DNA of 64,000 bases from an uncultured Acidobacteriota bacterium (GTDB taxonomy: Bacteria; Acidobacteriota; UBA6911). This document shows, piece by piece, positions 18,748 to 29,257 of this stretch. The stretch lies in assembly GCA_963839475.1 (NCBI GenBank), contig CAWIVH010000012.1, forward strand, positions 407,711 through 471,710, read 5' to 3'. Every line of letters begins with the position of its first letter. Positions within the stretch are counted from its first letter, which is position 1. The notes under the pieces are model-generated. The model searched no databases and was not told the origin of the DNA. It saw only the letters and a list, made by a program, of their open reading frames with translations. The position numbers and the translations under genes were made by a program.

Positions 18748-20577
18748 ATGGATTCATTCCACCAAGGAACAGGCACATTGACCGATAAAAACGCTATCCG
18801 CAACTTCTCTATTATCGCCCATATCGACCACGGCAAATCCACCCTGGCGGACCGACTGCTCGAACGCACCGGCGCGCTTACCCAGCGCGAAATGTCCGCC
18901 CAGGTCCTCGACGCCATGGACCTCGAACGCGAGCGGGGCATCACGATCAAAGCCCATTCCGTGCGGCTGAATTACCAGGCAAAAGACGGCCGGGATTACG
19001 TTCTGAACCTGATTGACACGCCCGGTCATGTAGACTTTTCTTACGAGGTTTCGCGCAGTCTTTCGGCCTGCGAGGGGGCGCTGCTGGTTGTTGATGCATC
19101 GCAGGGTGTCGAAGCCCAGACCCTGGCCAATACCTACCTGGCCCTCGACCATCACCTGGAAATCGTTTCCGTCCTGAACAAGATCGACCTGCCCGGGGCC
19201 GACCCGGACCGGATCAAGAACCAGATCGAACAGATCATCGGACTCGATGCCCACGACGCCATACTGGCCAGCGCCAAGCAGGGGATTGGAACGGAGGATA
19301 TCCTCGAAGCGATCGTGAAACGCCTTCCACCGCCCAAGGGGGAATATGAAAAGCCCCTGAAGGCGCTTATTTTCGATTCCTGGTTCGATGCCTACAGGGG
19401 GGTGATCGTCCTGGTAAGGGTCATCGACGGTACCATCCGCAAAGGGATGAAAATCCGGCTGCTCGCCACCCAGCAATCATTCCAGGTGGAACAGGTTGGC
19501 GTCATCACTCCCAAATTCAGTGAAGTCGATGAACTGTCGGTCGGAGAAGTTGGTTTCGTGGTCGCCGGGATCAAGCGCGTCGCCGACTCCAAAATCGGCG
19601 ATACCATCACAGAGGAGGCACGCCCGACATCGGAACCTTTCCCTGGCTTCCAGGAAATCAAGCCGATGGTATTCGCCGGGCTATACCCGACCGACAACGC
19701 GCAATATGAAGATCTGCGCGATGCCCTGGACAAGCTGTCCCTCAACGATTCGTCCTTCTTTTACGAACCCGACACTTCCGGCGCACTCGGCTTCGGCTTC
19801 CGCTGTGGATTCCTGGGACTTCTGCACATGGAGATCGTCCAGGAGAGGTTGGAGCGGGAATTCAACCTCGAGCTCATCACCACTGCTCCCGGCGTGCGCT
19901 ACAGGATCACCACAAAAAAAGGGGAAACCTTCGAAATTCACAACCCCTCGAAACTGCCGCCCGCGGGAGATATAGAGGTGTTCGAGGAACCGTTGATTAC
20001 CGCCATGATCCTGTCAAACGACGAGTTTGTCGGCGGCATTCTCAAGCTGGCCGAGGAGAAGCGCGGCGTTCAAAAAGGATTCGAGTACGTCACCACCAAT
20101 CGCGTACTGATCACTTACGAGCTCCCGCTCAATGAAATCGTGCTCGATTTTTACGACAGGTTGAAATCCGCTTCCCGAGGTTATGCCTCGCTCGATTATC
20201 ATTTCAGCGGATACAAACCCTCGGACCTGGTGAAACTCGACATCCTCGTTGCCGGCGAGCCGGTCGACGCCCTGTCCCTGATCGTGCATGAGGAAAATGC
20301 GGTCTACCGCGGCCGTGCGCTGGCGCTGAAAATGAAAGAGCTGATACCCCGCCAGATGTTCGAGGTGATTATCCAGGCCGCGATAGGGAGCAAAATTATC
20401 GCCCGGGAAGTGGTTCGGCCGCTGCGCAAAAACGTCCTCGCTAAGTGCTACGGCGGCGATATTACCCGCAAGCGCAAATTGCTCGAGAAACAGAAAGAGG
20501 GCAAGAAAAGAATGAAGCGCCTCGGGAAGGTGGAAATTCCCCAGGAGGCTTTTCTGGCTGTTCTCAAAGTTGAATGA
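18748..20577 (+). CDS. lepA: Elongation factor 4 (LepA)
   Basis: [24 protein letters not shown]1 motif, [14 protein letters not shown], and the LepA-specific C-terminal domain. The true start may be TTG 18778 (AAGGAACAGG SD), giving [10 protein letters not shown]…. Confidence 0.95.
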   Translation: MDSFHQGTGTLTDKNAIRNFSIIAHIDHGKSTLADRLLERTGALTQREMSAQVLDAMDLERERGITIKAHSVRLNYQAKDGRDYVLNLIDTPGHVDFSYEVSRSLSACEGALLVVDASQGVEAQTLANTYLALDHHLEIVSVLNKIDLPGADPDRIKNQIEQIIGLDAHDAILASAKQGIGTEDILEAIVKRLPPPKGEYEKPLKALIFDSWFDAYRGVIVLVRVIDGTIRKGMKIRLLATQQSFQVEQVGVITPKFSEVDELSVGEVGFVVAGIKRVADSKIGDTITEEARPTSEPFPGFQEIKPMVFAGLYPTDNAQYEDLRDALDKLSLNDSSFFYEPDTSGALGFGFRCGFLGLLHMEIVQERLEREFNLELITTAPGVRYRITTKKGETFEIHNPSKLPPAGDIEVFEEPLITAMILSNDEFVGGILKLAEEKRGVQKGFEYVTTNRVLITYELPLNEIVLDFYDRLKSASRGYASLDYHFSGYKPSDLVKLDILVAGEPVDALSLIVHEENAVYRGRALALKMKELIPRQMFEVIIQAAIGSKIIAREVVRPLRKNVLAKCYGGDITRKRKLLEKQKEGKKRMKRLGKVEIPQEAFLAVLKVE

Positions 20578-20920
20578 GCTCCGCGGAAATAAGTCGGGCG
20601 CGGACTTTCAATCTGCAGCAAAAACCTGCCCCAGAAAAAAGAATCTGCACCCTTGCCCGGAATGGCGGAATCGCGTCGCTTCATTGTAGCGCCTGTGATT
20701 CTTTTCCCAGCTTCGTACCTGGATTATAATCGGAAACTGTCGCAACACTTCTGCAGCTCCAATGGGAGGCCCGAAAAGGTGTTGGAGACCAGCCCCTCCA
20801 AGTCTCGAAATTGCGTCGCAGCCGGGATTTGCGACAGGATCCATTCAGTAGATTGTAATGGATCTCCGATAAAGGCCGATCAGATAAAATAGGGTCACAC
20901 CCCTCAAGGAAGGAAAGGCT

Positions 20921-21322
20921 ATGCACGGTTCATGGATTCGCAAAACGGCGGTCGGCCTGCAGAACGCGGATGGAAAGGGTCTGACCGGGTGTCTCGTGTT
21001 TCTCGTGCTTCTCGGAATATTGTGCTTCGCCGTAATCAGGGTTGGCCCTGATTACTACGCCTTCAAAGGCTTCGAGGCGGACGTCAAGACTGAGGCTGCC
21101 CGCGCGGGCGCCAATTTTTTTGACGACGAAACCATCGTGAGGGACGTCCTCGATCTGGCGCGCAAAAACGAAATTCACCTGAAACAGGAAAATGTCAAAG
21201 TGGAGCGATTTGCCGGGCAGGTTTTCATAAAAATTCACTACGTCCTCGAAGCCGACTTCATCGTCTATAAGCGCAATATCGACATGGACTTCTCAGTTTC
21301 CAGCTATATTGGGCGGCTCTAG
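20921..21322 (+). CDS. Small membrane-anchored hypothetical protein (DUF4845-like)
   Basis: Single N-terminal TM helix (LTGCLVFLVLLGILCFAVI) then a soluble domain. GGAAGGAAAGG SD before the ATG. Confidence 0.4.
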   Translation: MHGSWIRKTAVGLQNADGKGLTGCLVFLVLLGILCFAVIRVGPDYYAFKGFEADVKTEAARAGANFFDDETIVRDVLDLARKNEIHLKQENVKVERFAGQVFIKIHYVLEADFIVYKRNIDMDFSVSSYIGRL

Positions 21323-21510
21323 ATCGGATTTCGGTTTCCGTCCATCGGGAGCCCGGCGCTGGCGCCGGCGTTTCAACATGCTGCTTGATACGCGTGCTCC
21401 TTGCGTCACAGGTTCACTCAGACTAAGATAAACTCAGGATGTCCGCGCCAATAAGCAGGGGCGTTGCAAGGCTGACCCGCAGCCACCGTTGGAACGGACC
21501 ACGCCTGCGG

Positions 21511-22284
21511 ATGAGGCGTTTCTGGAGTTTATTTCCGCTCCTGCTGGGATTGCAGCTTCTGACCAGCGGCTGCCCAGCGCCGGTGGTAAGAGTGCCGGTG
21601 CCACCCGAAAATATCATCAAGGCCAATCAAATCACGCAGGACGCGGATCTCATGTTTGCCCGGAAGGACTATTACGCGGCGCTTATCAAGTACCTCGAGG
21701 CCAGCCGGTTAAATCCCAACAGTGAGTTCATCTATAACAAGCTCGGCATCAGCTATTCGCAGCTCAAATATTACCCGGATGCCATTGCTTCGTTCCTTCG
21801 CTCCATTGGCCTGAATCCTAAGTATCCGTATGCCTATAACAACCTGGGCACGGTCTACTTCGCCAATGATGACAAGAAAAATGCAGAGCGGAATTTCAAA
21901 AAAGCCATCAGCGTCAAACCCAATGTCGCTTCGTTCCACATCAATCTCGGAACTCTGTATTTTGAAAGAAAAAACGTGGAAAAGGGGCTGGAAGAATATC
22001 GCAAAGGCCTGGCCATTGACCCTTCGATTCTGCGCCGGTCTGAGGGAATCAGCCTCGCCGCCGCGGGCGGGCGCACGAATCCGGGCGCCAGGCATTACAT
22101 GATGGCCCGGATCTTCGCCTCCATGGGAGATGTAGAACAGGCGCTGGAAAGCCTCAAACTAGCCCTGGCCGCAGGTTTTACCGATTTCCCCGCAATCAAG
22201 CTTGAAAAAGACTTCGATCCGATCCGCCAGGACGAGCGCTTTTTGAAATTCATGCAGGAGGTCGCGCTTCTGACGCGCCCGTGA
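21511..22284 (+). CDS. TPR-repeat lipoprotein
   Basis: Lipobox LLTSGC after a signal peptide. At least five TPR-like repeats (…YYAALIKYLEASRLNP…, …AYNNLGTVYF…, …FHINLGTLYF…). Confidence 0.65.
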   Translation: MRRFWSLFPLLLGLQLLTSGCPAPVVRVPVPPENIIKANQITQDADLMFARKDYYAALIKYLEASRLNPNSEFIYNKLGISYSQLKYYPDAIASFLRSIGLNPKYPYAYNNLGTVYFANDDKKNAERNFKKAISVKPNVASFHINLGTLYFERKNVEKGLEEYRKGLAIDPSILRRSEGISLAAAGGRTNPGARHYMMARIFASMGDVEQALESLKLALAAGFTDFPAIKLEKDFDPIRQDERFLKFMQEVALLTRP

Positions 22285-22430
22285 CGCCCATTGGCTCTGA
22301 AACTTGGCTCTCCCGATCAGTTGGCCTCCGACGATTTTGAACCAGGAAGCCCTCCGGGGCGGCAGGGTCGGCTCCGGCATAAATCTTTAGGTGCCACTTT
22401 CGGGGTTTTGGAGACTTTTGCGGTTCCGAG

Positions 22431-23627
22431 TCAGAGCGAATCTTCGAGCACATTCAGAAGCCGGTCGAGATCCGACATGTTGTTATAAAGATGGCAGGAC
22501 ACTCGAATCCCGCCAATTCCGGATGTATAGCGGACAGATACCAAAACTTTGTGCTCCAGTAGCCTGTTCATAACTTCAATGTTCTTTTCTCGACTTCCCG
22601 CACAAAAGGTCACAATTCCCGAACGGCATTCCGGCTCCGGCGGGGTAACCAAAGACACTCTCAGGAGCCGCAACCCGGCCATCAGGTAATCGGTCAGGGC
22701 TCTCACATGGTTCGCTATTTGCTCCTGACCCACGTCATGGATGAGTTTCAGGGAGGCTGCCAGGCCAATGGCCCCCGGATAATTCGAAGTGCCCCCGGTC
22801 TCGAAGCAGCTCACGCTTTCGCTGAATTCAAAGTCACGCACAGGATGAATCGATGGGGTCTGAAAGTAATTCTCCCACCCGCCTTCGGGTGATTTCATAC
22901 TCATGTAGCCCGCCAGCGGTTTCCGCAGCAGATCCAACCGGTCGCGCCGGATATAAAGGAAGCCGGTGCCGAAGGGAGAATTGAGCCATTTATGTCCGCC
23001 GCAGGCGAGAAAATCGACGGGCGATTTCCTTACATCGATCGGAATCGCACCGATTTGCTGAATGGCGTCGACCACAAGCCAGATATTCCGGTCGCGACAC
23101 ATGGCCGACACGGCTTCAAGGTTGCATCGGTAGCCGTTGCTCCACTGCACCGAACTGATGGCGAAAACCCTGGTCCGGGGGGTGATGGCCGCCTCGATAT
23201 CATCCGTCAGGATCCTCCCTTCACGGTTGTGAACCAGATCGACTTCTATCCCGTCGCGGACCCGCTTCTGGCACCACGGAACCGCCACCTGGAGAAACTC
23301 CAGGTCACAAATCAAAACCCGGTCGCCGCGCACCAAAGGTATGGATTCGGCGGCAAGCGTCAATCCGTGTGAGGTGCTCTCCACCAGGGCAATTTCGTCC
23401 TCCGCGGCTCCAATCATCCTTGCTGCCTCCGGCCGGGCTTCCGCCCTTAGCTCATCCATGGCAATGTGCTGTCGGGTCGATGAAACGGAAGGGCAGTGCA
23501 TCGCCATCTCCAGAAAGTCTTGGATCGCCTCCACAGCCCGCTTTGGAGCCAGGCTGACACATGCGGCATCGAGAAACGTCTTTTTTCCCATCGCCGGGAA
23601 TTGATCCCGAGCATCTCTCATCTCCAT
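22431..23627 (-). CDS. Class V aminotransferase-fold PLP-dependent enzyme (cysteine desulfurase / isopenicillin-N-epimerase-like)
   Basis: ACGGHKWLNSPFGTGFLYIRRD contains the PLP-binding lysine motif. Typical length. Confidence 0.8.
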   Translation of the reverse strand: MEMRDARDQFPAMGKKTFLDAACVSLAPKRAVEAIQDFLEMAMHCPSVSSTRQHIAMDELRAEARPEAARMIGAAEDEIALVESTSHGLTLAAESIPLVRGDRVLICDLEFLQVAVPWCQKRVRDGIEVDLVHNREGRILTDDIEAAITPRTRVFAISSVQWSNGYRCNLEAVSAMCRDRNIWLVVDAIQQIGAIPIDVRKSPVDFLACGGHKWLNSPFGTGFLYIRRDRLDLLRKPLAGYMSMKSPEGGWENYFQTPSIHPVRDFEFSESVSCFETGGTSNYPGAIGLAASLKLIHDVGQEQIANHVRALTDYLMAGLRLLRVSLVTPPEPECRSGIVTFCAGSREKNIEVMNRLLEHKVLVSVRYTSGIGGIRVSCHLYNNMSDLDRLLNVLEDSL

Positions 23628-23811
23628 AGTGCACCATCTCTATAAGGTGTCAGGCTACCTTTGCACCAATTTCCCGCCAAGCCCAATCCAATGTCCAGAT
23701 TGCTCCACTGGCATCCGGCCAGGCTTGTGGCCATCTGTTTCCTGGCTTGTGCAGGACGCTTGTGATGGAGTAGCTTAGGTCGAATTACCATTATTCCCGA
23801 CGGGGGCCCCA

Positions 23812-26800
23812 ATGCACAGCCGATATTTTCCGGTTATCTGTTTTCTGGTTTTGGCAGCGCTTCATCCGGTTCCAGGACCGGGCATGGAAGTTGATACCGC
23901 TTCCCAGGCGAGGGCATCTTTTGCGAATCCACCGCGCGAATACTCCACGGCCCCTCTGTGGGTCTGGAACGACATGCTCACGGACGATCAGGTCCTGGGC
24001 ACTCTTCTCGAATTCGCTGCACAGAATATCAAGCAGGCATTCGTGCATCCACGCCCCGGCCTCATGACTCCCTACCTATCGGACGAGTGGATGCGGCTGT
24101 GGAAGCTGGCTCTCAAAGAAGCCGAGCGTCTGGACATGAACCTCTGGATCTACGATGAGAACTCCTATCCCTCGGGATTCGCCGGCGGTTTTGTGCCGGA
24201 AGCCATGCCGGAATCGAGAGGGCGCGGCCTCGGCCTGGTCGAATCCTCGCAGCCGCCGGCCTGGTCGGAAGAAATCATCGCAGTTTACCGGATGAGCCCA
24301 GCTGGTTATGAAAATGTCTCCGCGGCGGTGCGTACCGGGCAAAAGCCTGCAGGAGACCGCTTTCTGACCGCTTCCCTGCTTCGCGCCAAGCCCTCCCCCT
24401 GGCACGGCGGAAAGTATTACGTGGATTTGCTGTACCCGGGCGTGACTGAAAAATTCCTGGCTATCACCCTGGAGCCTTATCGCAAGGAATTCGGAAACCA
24501 GTTCGGCAAGCGGGTGCCGGGATCTTTCACCGACGAACCCGAATTACGCCCGGCGGGCGGCTGGCCCTGGACTGCGGATCTGCCGCAGCTTTTCGAAAAA
24601 CGGTGGAACTACAGGCTGATCGATCACCTGCCGGCGTTGAGGGAACCGGTGGGAGACTGGAAAAAAATCCGACACAATTATTTCCAGCTTCTCCTGGATA
24701 CCTTCATTGAGAGATGGGCCAAACCTTACTACGAGTACTGCGAAAAAAACCGGCTGGAATTTACAGGCCACTACTGGGAACACGAATGGCCGAACAGCGC
24801 CAGCGTCCCCGACAATATGGCGATGAGCGCCTGGCAGCAACGGCCCGGAATCGACACGCTCATGAACCAATACCGAGAAGATACTCATGCCCAGTTCGGC
24901 AATGTCCGTGCGGTCAAGGAAATCTCCAGCCTGGCAAACCAGCTCGGGCGGAAACGAACGCTGGTTGAACTCTACGGAGCCGGCGGATGGGACCTCAGAT
25001 TCGAGGACATGAAACGGATCGGGGACTGGCTCGAAGTCCTGGGCATCAACACCCTGGATCAACACCTTTCCTATGTCACCCTGCGCGGCGCGCGCAAGCG
25101 GGATCACCCACAGTCCTTCTCCTATCACGAACCCTGGTGGGAAGCGTATCACTCCAGTGCCGCCTATTTCACTCGGGTTTCCTATGCGCTGACTCGCGGG
25201 GAGCAGATCAACAAGATCCTGGTCCTCGAACCGACGACGAGCGCCTGGATGTACAACCAGTCGGGTAAGAATCCGCCGGAACTCGACAAGCTCGGAGATT
25301 CCTTTCAGAAACTCGTCGTTGAGCTCGAAAAAGCCCAGGTAGAATACGACATCGGATGTGAAAGCGTCATGGCGCAGCATGGGACCGTCGCCGGCGATTC
25401 CCTCAAGATCGGAAAGCGGAGTTACCGAACGGTCATCCTCCCACCGATGACCGAAAATCTGAATCCGAAAACACTGGAACTGATCGAGGGATTTCTTGGC
25501 AAGGGCGGGAGCATCATTTCGTGCGGGCTCCCTCCCTCGCGCATTGAGGGGAAGGAGTCGGGCCGTGGGGCCGCAATGTCCAAAGCTGTCGGCTGGAGGT
25601 CCGCCGAACCCGAAGCGGTACCCGCGATGCTGCTCGCGGAGGGCCGCGAGGGCTTCTTCGTGCGAAAAGCCGCGGGCGACAAAGGGATTTTGTTTCATCA
25701 CCGCAGGCAGCTCGAAGACGGCCAGCTCCTCTTCCTGGTGAATACCAGCATCGATGCGCCTTCAGCGGGGGTGGTGGAATCGCCGGCGCGCGGAGTGGAA
25801 AAGTGGGATCTCCACACCGGAACCATAGGCCCTTATCCTTTCGAACCGGCGGGACAAACCACCCGGGCAGCCTTTGAATTGCCCCCGGCAGGATCGTTGC
25901 TGCTTTTCCTCTCCAATAGCGCGAAAGCCCCTGCGGCGGCGGCGCCCAAAACCTGGGCGCCGGTTTCGGCCTCGGGTGAGATTTCGATTCGCCGGGCTGC
26001 GCCCAACGTCCTGGTGCTCGATTATCTGGACATCGAAGCCGGAGGTGAATCCCGGAAGGAATCCTATTTCTATCAGGCGTCGCAATTTGCCTTCAAGGCA
26101 AACGGGATGGAACGCAACCCCTGGGACAGTGCCGTCCAGTTCAAAGATGAGCTGATCAGCCGGAAATTCCCTGCGAACAGCGGCCTCATCGCAACGTACA
26201 GGTTCACCATCAAAGAAAAAGTGCCCGCTTCACTGTTCATCGTTGTCGAGCGGCCCGATCTTTATGCCCTCACCCTGAACGGGAAAAGCATAGTCGCGCC
26301 GACCGGCTCCTGGTGGCTGGACAAAGCCTTCGGCAAGATCGATATTGCGGCAGTTGCCCGGGTCGGGGAAAACGAACTGAGACTGAAGGCATCCCCCTTC
26401 ACTATCTACCACGAAATCGAGAGCGTGTATGTCCTGGGCGATTTCGCGCTCACGCCGGCCGACAAGGGATTTGCGATCATCCCCGAAACGGCACTGCAAC
26501 TCGGGCCGTGGAACTCCCAGGGCTATCCCTTCTTTGGCGCAGGGGTGACCTACTCAAAGACATTCCGGATTGCGAAACCGGCGGGCCCCTACCGCGTCTA
26601 TTTGCCGGGTTGGTACGGCAGCGTGGCCGGCGTGGTGGTCAATGGCAAGCCCGCGGGCTATATCGGAAGCGCTCCGTGGGAAGCCGACGTATCCGCTCTG
26701 ATTCAACCGGGGAATAACGTCATCGAAGTCACGGTCATAGGCACTCTCAAAAACACCCTCGGACCGCACCATGGCGAACCCGCGCTAGGGACGGCATGGC

Positions 26801-26910
26801 CGGCCATGTTTCAGAAGGCCCCGAATTCCGGGCCGCCTCCGGGCGGCAAATATTCGACCGTTGGATATGGACTTTTGAAGCCTTTCGAATTGCAGGAGGT
26901 AAAACGGTAA
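23812..26910 (+). CDS. Large secreted glycoside-hydrolase-like protein with a C-terminal galactose-binding-like domain (family not assignable by eye)
   Basis: Signal peptide MHSRYFPVICFLVLAALHP. PLWVWNDM… N-terminal block and a C-terminal …VVNGKPAGYIGSAPWEADVSALIQPGNNVIEVTV… jelly-roll-like motif. Confidence 0.45.
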   Translation: MHSRYFPVICFLVLAALHPVPGPGMEVDTASQARASFANPPREYSTAPLWVWNDMLTDDQVLGTLLEFAAQNIKQAFVHPRPGLMTPYLSDEWMRLWKLALKEAERLDMNLWIYDENSYPSGFAGGFVPEAMPESRGRGLGLVESSQPPAWSEEIIAVYRMSPAGYENVSAAVRTGQKPAGDRFLTASLLRAKPSPWHGGKYYVDLLYPGVTEKFLAITLEPYRKEFGNQFGKRVPGSFTDEPELRPAGGWPWTADLPQLFEKRWNYRLIDHLPALREPVGDWKKIRHNYFQLLLDTFIERWAKPYYEYCEKNRLEFTGHYWEHEWPNSASVPDNMAMSAWQQRPGIDTLMNQYREDTHAQFGNVRAVKEISSLANQLGRKRTLVELYGAGGWDLRFEDMKRIGDWLEVLGINTLDQHLSYVTLRGARKRDHPQSFSYHEPWWEAYHSSAAYFTRVSYALTRGEQINKILVLEPTTSAWMYNQSGKNPPELDKLGDSFQKLVVELEKAQVEYDIGCESVMAQHGTVAGDSLKIGKRSYRTVILPPMTENLNPKTLELIEGFLGKGGSIISCGLPPSRIEGKESGRGAAMSKAVGWRSAEPEAVPAMLLAEGREGFFVRKAAGDKGILFHHRRQLEDGQLLFLVNTSIDAPSAGVVESPARGVEKWDLHTGTIGPYPFEPAGQTTRAAFELPPAGSLLLFLSNSAKAPAAAAPKTWAPVSASGEISIRRAAPNVLVLDYLDIEAGGESRKESYFYQASQFAFKANGMERNPWDSAVQFKDELISRKFPANSGLIATYRFTIKEKVPASLFIVVERPDLYALTLNGKSIVAPTGSWWLDKAFGKIDIAAVARVGENELRLKASPFTIYHEIESVYVLGDFALTPADKGFAIIPETALQLGPWNSQGYPFFGAGVTYSKTFRIAKPAGPYRVYLPGWYGSVAGVVVNGKPAGYIGSAPWEADVSALIQPGNNVIEVTVIGTLKNTLGPHHGEPALGTAWPAMFQKAPNSGPPPGGKYSTVGYGLLKPFELQEVKR

Positions 26911-28076
26911 TGGCCGGAGCGGAAACCATGAGCCCCCGGGAGCGGGTGTTGACCGCACTTGACCACCGCGAGCCTGACCGGGTTCCGTTCGATCTCGGCG
27001 GCTTCCAGACCGGAATCCACCTGCAGGCCTATAGGGCGCTGACCGCGCACCTCGGTCAGCCGGAAGAGCCGGAGGTCCTGGATCCTGTTCAGCAGCTGGC
27101 GATTCCATCCGAAAGAGTCCTGAATCGATTCAACATCGATATCCGCTACATCACCGCGCGGGCGGCTGACGGTTTTGACGGCACGATCCGGCAGGAGAAG
27201 CGCGGCGAGAGGCTCTGGCATCACTTGCAGGATGAGTGGGGTGTTGTCTGGTCGATGCCTGATGATCAAAAGCTTTACATGGATATCTCCCATCATCCGC
27301 TGGCCCGGGCCTACCTGCGCGATATTGAACATTATCCCTTCCCTGACGGGAGCGATCCCGGCCGCTTTCGAGGGCTGCGGGAGAAAGCCGCCGCGCTCCG
27401 GAGCGGCACTCCCTACGCGCTTTCCAGCGGAATCTGCGGGGTTACCTACGAAATCTGCTGGTATATGCGCGGCCTCGAACGATGGTTCATGGACATGGTG
27501 GAAGAACCGGCGATCTGCGAAGCCCTGCTCGACCAGACCTGCCGGTATTGGGTGGATTGGATGACCGGATTCCTTGCCGAAGTCGGCGATCTACTTGACG
27601 TCATCATGATTGGAGATGATCTTGCGGGTCAGAGCGGCCCGCTCTTTTCCCCTTCCTTTTACAGATCGGTGGTCCAACCGCGGCAGCGGCGGGTCATCGA
27701 TACCATCCGGAAATATACCCGAGCGAAGATCTGGTATCACACCTGCGGGAGCTGCGTTTCCCTGATACCGGACCTGCTCGACAATGGGATCGACATTTTG
27801 AATCCGGTGCAGATCAGCGCGCGGCACATGGATCCTGCCGAATTGAAAAAGCGCTTCGGGGACAGACTGGTATTCTGGGGCGGAGGGATCGACGCCCAGC
27901 ACATCCTGCCGTTCGCCACAGCGGAAGAAGTGCGGCGTCATGTGGAGCAAAACGTCCGCGCCTTTAAGCCGGGAGGGGGTTACGTCTTCTGCAACTGCCA
28001 CAATATTCAAGCGGGCGTCCCACCGGAGAACATCGTGGCTCTCTATGATGCAGCCTACGCCGCTGCCTTCTACTGA
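26910..28076 (+). CDS. Uroporphyrinogen-decarboxylase (URO-D) family protein, MtaA/CmuA-like
   Basis: GGAGG SD then ATG 26910. N-terminus RERVLTALDHREPDRVPFDLGG and C-terminus …RLVFWGGGIDAQHILPFATAEEVRRHV… match the URO-D/methyltransferase fold. Confidence 0.75.
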   Translation: MAGAETMSPRERVLTALDHREPDRVPFDLGGFQTGIHLQAYRALTAHLGQPEEPEVLDPVQQLAIPSERVLNRFNIDIRYITARAADGFDGTIRQEKRGERLWHHLQDEWGVVWSMPDDQKLYMDISHHPLARAYLRDIEHYPFPDGSDPGRFRGLREKAAALRSGTPYALSSGICGVTYEICWYMRGLERWFMDMVEEPAICEALLDQTCRYWVDWMTGFLAEVGDLLDVIMIGDDLAGQSGPLFSPSFYRSVVQPRQRRVIDTIRKYTRAKIWYHTCGSCVSLIPDLLDNGIDILNPVQISARHMDPAELKKRFGDRLVFWGGGIDAQHILPFATAEEVRRHVEQNVRAFKPGGGYVFCNCHNIQAGVPPENIVALYDAAYAAAFY

Positions 28077-28166
28077 CCATACTTCGCGTTCTTTGAGTAT
28101 CACATCTGTAAATTCTTGTTTTTCAGGCAAGATTTATTGAATCGTGAAAACGGTGGTGAAAGCAAC

Positions 28167-28251
28167 AAGTTCGCAGTTCTCAGTATCAGTTCGCAGTTCC
28201 TGATGCGACTGCGAACTGATACTGATAACTGAGAACTGAGAACTCTCAGTC
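28167..28251. repeat. Complex imperfect palindrome built from AGTTCGCAGT / ACTGCGAACT and AGTTCTCAGT / ACTGAGAACT units
   Basis: Read directly. Contains a 12-nt perfect inverted repeat TCAGTTCGCAGT…ACTGCGAACTGA with a 10-nt loop. Lies between the URO-D gene stop (28076) and the Zn-ribbon gene. Confidence 0.5.
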
Positions 28252-28435
28252 GAATTTGGTTGCGGCCGTAGGCTGCGTCACGTGCTTTGAGGTTCGTATT
28301 ATTTGTGGATTGAAACGCAGGGAAAGCAATAAAGGGAATCACAAAATGGACAAAAACAGTTAGAATCTCCTCTCGCCTCCCGGGAAGCACTCCTCTCCGG
28401 GAGAAGCGTTCTATTGCGAAAATCAGGAGATCAGC

Positions 28436-29065
28436 ATGGCAATGATTCAATTCACCAGAAATCACTCCGATCATTCTACGGACAAGGGATATCAATTCGA
28501 GTTCAATTGCGATCGCTGCGGCAACGGCTTCATGAGCGAGTTCAAAGCCTCCGCGGTCGGCCTTGCATCCAGCGCCCTGCGTGCTGCGGGCAGCATTTTC
28601 GGGGGCGTTTTCGGATCAGCGAGCGCTGGTTCATACGAAATCGAGCGTGCTGTGCGGGGGCCCGGTCACGACAAGGCTTTTCGCGACGCCATCGAAGAGG
28701 TGAAACCGAATTTCCGGCAGTGCCCGAAGTGCTCGCACTGGGCCTGTATTGCAGTCTGCTGGAATCAGAAGCGAGGGTTGTGCTATGACTGCGCCCCGAA
28801 TCTGGAGACTGAAATCGCCGCCGCTCAGGCACAATCGACCGTCGACCAGATGAAGGAAAAAGTGCGCGGTATGGATCTGACCAAGGACCTCGACCTGACC
28901 AGCGAGGCGGCGGCGCTTTGCCCCAGCTGCGGAGCCCGGACCCAGGGAGCCAAATTCTGCCCCGAGTGCGGCAAACCGCTGCGTCCTAAAAATGAGTGTC
29001 CGCGCTGCGGTACCAAAACCGAAGCCGGCACCAAGTTTTGTCCCGAGTGCGGCAGCAAAATGTGA
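28436..29065 (+). CDS. Multi-zinc-ribbon protein
   Basis: AGGAG SD. CDRCGNG…CPKCSHWAC…CYDCAP, then C-terminal repeated ribbons CPSCGAR…CPECGKP and CPRCGTK…CPECGSK. Confidence 0.5.
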   Translation: MAMIQFTRNHSDHSTDKGYQFEFNCDRCGNGFMSEFKASAVGLASSALRAAGSIFGGVFGSASAGSYEIERAVRGPGHDKAFRDAIEEVKPNFRQCPKCSHWACIAVCWNQKRGLCYDCAPNLETEIAAAQAQSTVDQMKEKVRGMDLTKDLDLTSEAAALCPSCGARTQGAKFCPECGKPLRPKNECPRCGTKTEAGTKFCPECGSKM

Positions 29066-29257
29066 GCGGTTCGAGAGCAGGGAAACAACTTCCTTCCGGA
29101 ACCGCGTGGCTTGTTGCCGAAAGGCCACACAATTTGATTTACGATCGGCGCAATAACTGAACTGCGAAGACACGAAGAAAAATATATAAAATCTTTGTGC
29201 CCCTCGCGACTTTGCGGACATTTGTCATTCGTCATTCGTCATTTTAATGGTGCCGCC

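Noticed and set aside
20578-20920. ~340-nt gene-free gap after lepA, as a possible sRNA locus
   Set aside because: No convincing promoter/terminator pair or conserved structure visible by eye. Only small ORFs (20653..20892) without SD. Left unannotated.
24544-25701. 385-aa minus-strand ORF inside the large glycoside-hydrolase-like gene
   Set aside because: Antisense high-GC artefact; no motif.
28167-28251. Possible CRISPR array, given the repeated AGTTCGCAGT units
   Set aside because: Units are only ~10 nt, contiguous, and alternate in orientation. No unique spacers and no cas genes. It is a palindromic structure, not CRISPR.
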